A stretch of 64,000 nucleotides of DNA from the NCBI GenBank assembly GCA_964234715.1, contig OZ174279.1; one strand, written 5' to 3'. The stretch is from Podarcis melisellensis (taxonomy: Eukaryota). Shown piece after piece: positions 58,301 through 64,000 of this stretch. The stretch's first letter is position 1, and every line of letters starts with the position of its first letter. Under the pieces are notes generated by a model. That model was not told the origin of the DNA. It saw only the letters and a list, made by a program, of their open reading frames with translations, and searched no databases. The position numbers were made by a program, and so were the translations under genes.

Positions 58301-61300
58301 AACCCTGGTTAGCATTAACCTTGGTTAGTTTGTGCATCAAGAGAGGAAGGGGTTGCAGGGGAAAGGGCACAATCCGACAGCGCATTCCTACATCCCTTCC
58401 ACCACTGATAAAGGATCGGTAGTATTTAGTGGTGGTTAGTGTCACTTGTGTTCACAAACCTAAACATTTCCACTGCAGATGCTGTGCTTTTGAATATCTG
58501 ATTTGGATTTTAGTCTGTTTTCTTTTCTTTCGTTAATAGGATTGGACTGGTTTTTGTGGTTAATGACTCTGAAGATGTTGATGGTTTACAAGATGCTGGG
58601 GTCGCCCTCCTTCGAGCCTACAATTACGTTGCGCAAGAAGTTGATAATAATTTTGCCTTCCAGACGGTTATATCTGTGAGTGCTTTGGAGAGAATTAATG
58701 CAGCTGTATTTGTTTACGTCAGCCTTGAGGCTGTTGCAACAAGAAGAGACACTTCTTGTTGCAGCAGTTTGCCTTTTCAGAATATTTGGGTTAATGATTA
58801 TGAAAGTGGTAATGTACTTGCTGTCAGTGACATGAGGGCAGGTTCTGTTGTGAGTTCTTGACCATCTCTTTCCTGGAAGGATAACTTTTCTTGCCAAAGC
58901 CACTTTTCTCCCACTGCACTGTTCTCCAAGTTAAGCTGTAAAATCGAAGTTACATGTGCTCCCTCTTGTGCATTCCTGATGTAAATGTAATAGAAAGGTA
59001 AGGTGAGGAACAATCTGGTACACTGTTGTGCATTTTCACATCTTCTCCTTATCCTGTAACTATAGGGATGGCAGCATGGGATTGGAAGATAGGGGGGCAG
59101 AATAGAAATCATCCTCGGCACCACAATGAGGCTTTTAATGCTGCCCTTCCCTTGCTCCTGTCTCCACTCTGGTCCCTCTACCTTATTGCTGATGTACCTG
59201 TGCAATTGAGAGCTTGTTGCCACAGTCATACTTGTCTCTTGGCCAAGGCTTGTATGTGTTTGGGGGGGGAGTGGGTAAGAGTGGATTCCTCCATCCTTCC
59301 TGCCCTACATTGTGTGCCATGTGCTGTCTTCCCTTTCCTGTTGTCCCTGCAGTTTGATTTTAGCCTTCAACTCGCTCTTAACAAAGTTGGTTCATAATAG
59401 TGATCGGCCTTTTTTAGAGGCTCATCCATGCCACCATCAGTAATTTACTTCCCCTCATGACATTCTGCTGGGCACTTAAACATCTTGGGAAAATAAAGAT
59501 ATTGGAAGAACTCATGAGAAACTTTTCACTGTAAGACCTTGTAAAATAGATAACCAAAGCAGTTTGTAATGCATGCATGCATACAGCCATCTATCTGTCT
59601 GTACTGTATGATATGTATAATTATTTTCCTGCAGACATCAGCTTTGCAGGTCTAGCCTACACCAAGTGTTGGGCTGTAGTGATATTACGTTGCTCTATAA
59701 AACACTGCACATGAGCAAAAAATGAGGCTGCTACTTGTCATTTTTGTTTACCTTAGGCCTGGGGATGATGGGACAAAAAGACTAAGCCAAACGCTTCATG
59801 GATAATGTGGGTTTTGAAATTGGGTTAGTAGAAAGAGAGAAGAGGCACTGCTGAGGTCTTCCTGGAGGGAGTTTGATACATAAGGGCAGGCAAAGCGAAA
59901 TTGAGAGAACAGCTGATTTATTGGTGATCCTCTGAAGTGTAAGGAGAAGAGGTAATGTTTTTAACTGTGCATGTGTCAATGTTTTCTTGACAGATATACA
60001 ACAAAGTAAATACAGGAGAAAAACTCAAGGTGGAGCATGTGGTTAGTGTTCTTGAGAAGCAGTATCCTTACGTAGAAGTGAACAGCATCTTAGGAGTTGA
60101 TTCTGCTTATGATCACAATAGGAAGGTAAGGCGTTCATATGTCTGGCTTATCCGATTTCAAACCCCATAACTCTTTTTGTGGAATAAAATTTCTGCCAAA
60201 CTATTCATTGGAGTGATCAGAGGTGCCAACAGGATTTTCTGGGCCAGTTACAGCAGTATTTACCCCCCATAACCTGCTTTCGCATAGGTTGTTTTGGAAA
60301 TATGGACTATGTTGCAATAGATAAAGTCAGTAGAGGCAGAAAGAAAAAAATCTTATTTGTATCTTTTGTACATTTCAGGAAGGACGTGGCTATTATGAAC
60401 AGACAGGTGTGGGGCCCTTACCTATTGTGCTTTTCAACGGAATGCCCTTTCAAAAGGAACAACTAGATCCCGACGAACTAGAAACTGTGACAATGCATAA
60501 AATACTAGAAACCACCAGCTTTTTCCAGAGGGCTGTGTATTTGGTAAGCCATGTTGCTTGTAGTCTGGGATATCAAAGACCTCTTCGGTGCTTAAAGATG
60601 ATGGCTAAGATTCAAAGAGCTGTGCAGCTAGTTTTGTGCTTCTAAGCAGGCTGTAGGTTTACCTTTCCCATATGGCAGCCCCTCGTTGCCACAGAGGAAC
60701 CTACTATGTCACAGTTCTGCTGTTCCAAGAATTGTAAAAATCCAAAGGGTTGCACATAAGAAGCAATTTAACATCTTACAAAATATTGAGATGCTACTGT
60801 GTCTTTAAATGACCTCTTTGAAGGGGAGGTTCTGAGAGAACAAGGAATAAAACTAAAAATTTTAAAAAATGATTTGACTTCTCAATATTATTCTGATTTT
60901 CAGACCAGTTCCAAAACATGCTTTTTGTTTGTTTGAGGGTATTAGATCTGATTTTTTCTTTCTTTTTCAGGGTGAATTATCAAATGATCAAGATGTGGTT
61001 GAATATATCATGAACCAGCCTAATGTTGTGCCAAGAATCAACTCACGGATCTTGATGTCTGACAGAGAGTACCTAGATTTAACCGCAACTAGTAAGGCAC
61101 ACTTGCTGTTGAATCCATACAAAATTTTAATAACAACAACAATAACTTGTTAGTGGACAATAAGATCTGATTTGGACACTAGTTTGTACTCTCCCCCCCC
61201 CCCATTTCTGGCATGGCCACAAGCTGTTCAGAAATACCCACTTCCATGTTAAACTAAGTGTGCAGTTTGTTGTTTTGTCCAAACTTGGACAAACTGCAGT

Positions 61301-61498
61301 TAGTTTAAACTGTGGTTGGTCAAGACAAATAAAAAATAGAATTATTCTAATCTTAAAACAGAAGCAAATAAATGTTTCCAGTCTCCTCCTCATGGATGTG
61401 GCAGAGTAGGAGGGGAGACGAAGGAATTCACTAGCTGAAGCCTCCTGCAGACAACACTGTATTCAAGCATTGTATTTAAATAATAATAAACAAACAAT

Positions 61499-61541
<43 letters not shown>

Positions 61542-62301
61542 TTCATACCCCACACATTTGGCTGGGTTTTCCTAGCCACTCTGGGCAGCTTCCAACAAAG
61601 ATTAAAAACACACTAAAACATCAGTCATTAAAAAATCTCCCTGAACTGGGCTGCCTTCAGATGTCTTCTAAATGTCAGATAGTTGTTTATCTCTTTGACA
61701 TCTGATGGGAGGGCGTTCCACAGGGCAGGTGCCGCTACTAAGAAGGCCCTCTGCCTGGTTCCCTGTAACTTGGCTTCTCGCGGTGAGGGAACTGCCAGAA
61801 GGCCCTTGGTGCTGGTTCTCAGTGTCCAGGCAGAATGATGGGGGTGGAGATGCTCCTTCAGGTATACTGGTAAATGTTGTTTAAGAGTTTGAAAGTTTTC
61901 AGGCATTTTGTATTGGAGAAATACAAGGGCTCCGTACTTTTATTGGGTGATTTTCTGCCCTTTCTCACTCCTAGCCCCTGTTCCTTGACCTTGCAGCTGT
62001 TCTTGCCTGTGCTTTATCATTCTTAGCCTTTGCTCATCTCTGTCCTTGTCCAAATTCTACGATGAATTATTTAGGAACATGCCCTGTAGGAACATTTTTA
62101 TTGGGAATTTTCTACCAAAGAGGGTAATTTTCTTTTTAAAATAAAATTAATAGAATTTGATTTAAAGTGGTGATTGTTGATGAGTTAATATTTTTCTTGC
62201 AGATAATTTCTTTGTGGATGATTATGCTAGATTTACATTCATGGATTCCAAGCACAAGACAGCTGCTATAGCCAACAGCATGACCTACATGACCAAGAAA
62301 G
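44503..62301 (+). CDS. UGGT1: UDP-glucose:glycoprotein glucosyltransferase 1, N-terminal ~722 codons (19 coding exons; continues past the right edge)
   Basis: Signal peptide MGTLIALIGIWVSFSLVKA then DSKAVTTSLTTKWFSTPLLLEASEF; conserved LSGYGVELAIKSTEYKAKDD and LKVWQLQDLSFQ motifs; all introns GT-AG and in phase; position next to SAP130 supports UGGT1 over UGGT2. Confidence 0.96.
44891..44973 (+). CDS. UGGT1: UGGT1 exon 3
   Basis: EFLAEEGQEKFWSFVETCQDFGSSNHD; 83 nt. Confidence 0.95.
45072..45322. mobile_element. Tc1/mariner (Tigger-like) MITE
   Basis: TIRs cagccgtacctc / gaggtacgactg with TA on both sides; internal ttcga/ttccg repeats. Confidence 0.85.
46311..46372 (+). repeat. (AAAG)n microsatellite, about 15 units
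   Basis: Direct reading. Confidence 0.97.
46597..46727 (+). CDS. UGGT1: UGGT1 exon 4
   Basis: IDYSSYYAMLQAASQNLSPLQQNLLKFALSLRSYSATVQAFQQ; 131 nt. Confidence 0.95.
47656..47768 (+). CDS. UGGT1: UGGT1 exon 5
   Basis: IAADEPPPEGCNAFFVVHGEKTCESDKLKMLLQTASE; 113 nt. Confidence 0.95.
48383..48557 (+). CDS. UGGT1: UGGT1 exon 6
   Basis: PKPFIFKGDHKYP...VVILYAEIG...YILRHYIA; 175 nt. Confidence 0.95.
49277..49373 (+). CDS. UGGT1: UGGT1 exon 7
   Basis: NPSKERVYLSGYGVELAIKSTEYKAKDDTQVK; 97 nt. Confidence 0.96.
50594..50672 (+). CDS. UGGT1: UGGT1 exon 8
   Basis: ADVNATVIGENDPIDEVQGFLFGKL; 79 nt. Confidence 0.95.
50775..50950 (+). mobile_element. tRNA-derived squamate SINE
   Basis: aaggtcccaagtttggtcccggcatc...cctgaaaccctggagagctgctgcc...gagctagatgggccaac...cagcttcct. 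Confidence 0.65.
51035..51208 (+). mobile_element. Sauria SINE, 5'-truncated
   Basis: Matches the 3' half of 57481-57841; ends gggttcctttaccttt. Confidence 0.85.
51246..51346 (+). CDS. UGGT1: UGGT1 exon 9
   Basis: QLHPSLKEELKELRKHLVESTNEMAPLKVWQLQ; 101 nt. Confidence 0.95.
52683..52782 (+). CDS. UGGT1: UGGT1 exon 10
   Basis: LSFQTAARILAAPTVDALMVMKDLSQNFPTKA; 100 nt. Confidence 0.95.
53845..53905 (+). CDS. UGGT1: UGGT1 exon 11
   Basis: AITKTVVSSELRSEIEENQK; 61 nt. Confidence 0.94.
54157..54330 (-). mobile_element. CR1 3' end fragment
   Basis: atcatagaaccacagaattgtagagttggaagggg...catccaacctctgcttaaaaacctcc. Confidence 0.8.
55594..56048. mobile_element. MITE, TTA-flanked (PIF/Harbinger-like)
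   Basis: TIRs gcaatccaaacccctg (55598) / caggggtttggatcgc (56044); TTA at 55591-93 and 56049-51. Confidence 0.6.
56280..56371 (+). CDS. UGGT1: UGGT1 exon 12
   Basis: YFKGTLGLQSGDSALFINGLHIDLDTQDIF; 92 nt. Confidence 0.95.
56485..56635 (+). CDS. UGGT1: UGGT1 exon 13
   Basis: LFDVLRNEARVMEGLHSLG...DYAVDIRSPAIS; 151 nt. Confidence 0.95.
56910..57029 (+). CDS. UGGT1: UGGT1 exon 14
   Basis: WINNLEVDSRYNLWPSSVQELLRPTFPGVIRQIRKNFHNF; 120 nt. Confidence 0.95.
57326..57411 (+). CDS. UGGT1: UGGT1 exon 15
   Basis: VLIVDPSHESSAELLSVAEMFLSNHIPL; 86 nt. Confidence 0.95.
57481..57841 (+). mobile_element. Full-length Sauria SINE with 14-bp target-site duplication
   Basis: gggacgcgggtggcactgtgggttaaacc head, B-box ggttcaaatg, (ACCTTT)n tail; TSD taatgttcacagct at 57467-57480 and 57842-57855. 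Confidence 0.95.
58540..58675 (+). CDS. UGGT1: UGGT1 exon 16
   Basis: IGLVFVVNDSEDVDGLQDAGVALLRAYNYVAQEVDNNFAFQTVIS; 136 nt. Confidence 0.95.
59994..60125 (+). CDS. UGGT1: UGGT1 exon 17
   Basis: IYNKVNTGEKLKVEHVVSVLEKQYPYVEVNSILGVDSAYDHNRK; 132 nt. Confidence 0.95.
60379..60543 (+). CDS. UGGT1: UGGT1 exon 18
   Basis: EGRGYYEQTGVGPLPIVLFNGMPF...FFQRAVYL; 165 nt. Confidence 0.95.
60971..61091 (+). CDS. UGGT1: UGGT1 exon 19
   Basis: GELSNDQDVVEYIMNQPNVVPRINSRILMSDREYLDLTAT; 121 nt. Confidence 0.95.
61497..61870 (-). mobile_element. L2 LINE 3' end with (TAAA)n tail
   Basis: ORF remnant YLKEHL...RAFLVAAPALWNALPSDV...FRRHLK; (ATTT)n tail at 61497-61543. Confidence 0.9.
62203..62301 (+). CDS. 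UGGT1: UGGT1 exon 20
   Basis: NFFVDDYARFTFMDSKHKTAAIANSMTYMTKK; 99 nt. Confidence 0.94.
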
Positions 62302-62845
62302 GTACAATTATCGGAGTCCTGTCTCTTTCCCTTTTGTAGTCTTCACATGAATGTTCCTTTTGCATTGTGAATCATAGCAAGGCATTTGAAAAATGTTTCT
62401 AATGATGCCATGTTACTTCTCCTTCTTTGTGCCAGTTGTAATCTCACTTTGCCCTCCAGTTTGATCCTTAAATGTATACCCAGTTTTATCTGATCAAGTT
62501 CTTCGGTTGTTCATAAAGGCTCCATAGATTTAGCATGTCATTATGGCTTTGCCATAATCTGAAGAACCAGGTACTGTAGAAGAAAACAGTACAGATTGGT
62601 TCATAATGTTAAAAAGTATTTGCATGGCATTTCTTTGGCCTGTCTAGCTTCCAGGAAGCATCATATTTTCTGTTGTCTTAATTGATTTCCTCTGCTAGGC
62701 TTGGTCTGTACTTGAAGCAGGGCAAGAGGTTCTTGCTCAGCCTGCTCCCTGTTATGCTAGTTTATTACTCACAGAGTGTATTTTCTACCACCTTGCAGAG
62801 CAGCCTTCTGTGCTGGCTGGGGCTAATGGAAATTATCATTTAAAA

Positions 62846-62981
62846 CAGGCATGGCCAAACTTGGTCCTCTACATGTTTTGAGACTACAACTCCCATCATC
62901 CCTAGCTAACAGGACCAGTAGTCAGGGATGATGGGAACTGTAGTCCCAAAACATCTGGGGGGCCAGGTTTGGCCATGCTTG
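62846..62981. mobile_element. hAT-type MITE nested in an older related element
   Basis: About 21-bp TIRs caggcatggccaaacttgg / ccaggtttggccatgcttg; 8-bp TSD atttaaaa / atctaaaa; strongly palindromic interior. Confidence 0.85.
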
Positions 62982-64000
62982 ATCTAAAACATCTGGAGCG
63001 CACCAGGTTGCAAAGACTTTCAGAGTCTCCTTTTCTCTTGCATTTGCTGTGTAGACCCAACAGTAGTCAAATGCTAGTCTTGTTTATTGGGAAATGTTAG
63101 CTTGGAACTTCACCATTTAATTTCACTTAGTTTATTAATGTATATGGATATATGAGCAATATGTTTCCTTATAGAAAATGCAAGTGTTAATTGCTTTAGA
63201 AAATAGCCCAATAGCAGCCAATGGTAGTTGGTAATTGCTGGGCTTAGAATAGTATTGCAGCTGTTGCTAAGACATTTTAAAACACACCCACCCACCCTAA
63301 AATCACTAATTCTTCACTTCGTTACCACATTTCTTATTTATTGCTTAACAATAAAAGACTACAAGTTGACTGAATATATGCCAAAGGAGCAAATAAGCTT
63401 AGGAGAAAAATGGGATGAAATATAGTGCTATTGCAATTCTGCATATATGTGTAAGTTATTACTTTGGGCTTTTATAGCCATTATGGGCTTTTTTTGGTTT
63501 GGATTTTCATATAAAATTGTCAAATCAAGGCTTTATTCTGATTTATTATGCCTTTGCAAACCATGCACAGCTTAGGTAATGAGTCTGGGAGAGAGGGGGG
63601 AGTCACATGCTCCCAACCTTAGCCCCTCTCTTCTGTCTCTCTGCTAAGGCTTATGTTGGCACCAACTTTAGCTACAGATAATGCGAACCAGAGATTGCTA
63701 TTGACTGCGATTGAAGCTAATCTCAACAACCTGGTTAATATAAATCCTGAAAAAAATTTCTCCTTGTTCATAACCCTGGTGAAGTTGCAAGTAAGAGATG
63801 AAGAATTAGAGGAAGCATAAATATGTCAAATTCTGTGTTGGATTGTGTGTGTGGGCTTCAGCAATTCTTCTGAAGAAACAGACTTCCTTGCTTCATTCTA
63901 GTGATGTACCACAAATATAGAACATGCTCCCTGTTTGATTTTGAACAACACATGAAAACATTCTTGATCCTCTCTGGCTTTTGATGTAGGAGTATCTAAT

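Noticed and set aside
62302-64000. Search for the short UGGT1 exon expected after ...MTKK
   Set aside because: No convincing match seen; probably beyond the window edge

Overview
Vertebrate genomic DNA, most likely a lacertid lizard (squamate), judged from Sauria SINE copies and typical squamate CR1, L2, Penelope and MITE repeats. It holds the conserved block AMMECR1L(-) / SAP130(-) / UGGT1(+), the same order as human 2q14.3. AMMECR1L: CpG-island promoter near 15-16 kb plus four coding exons (241 codons); the gene runs off the left edge. SAP130: complete, 20 coding exons between 36682 and 19315 (3171 nt, 1056 aa), with a non-coding first exon near 39.1 kb and a polyA signal at 18596. UGGT1: divergent from SAP130, exon 1 near 42.6-42.9 kb, 19 coding exons between 44503 and 62301 (about 722 codons); the gene runs off the right edge. 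All exon boundaries were read from the sequence and checked for reading-frame continuity. I found no wholly new multi-gene system. The most interesting signals are: a frame-required GC-AG intron in SAP130; a decayed PIF/Harbinger transposase between SAP130 and AMMECR1L, with candidate Harbinger-type MITEs nearby; a possible non-AUG N-terminal extension of UGGT1 with an in-frame uORF; degenerate Penelope hammerhead ribozyme motifs in the AMMECR1L intron; candidate poison exons exploiting a split TA| codon; and MITEs that carry ZNF143/THAP11-like motifs.
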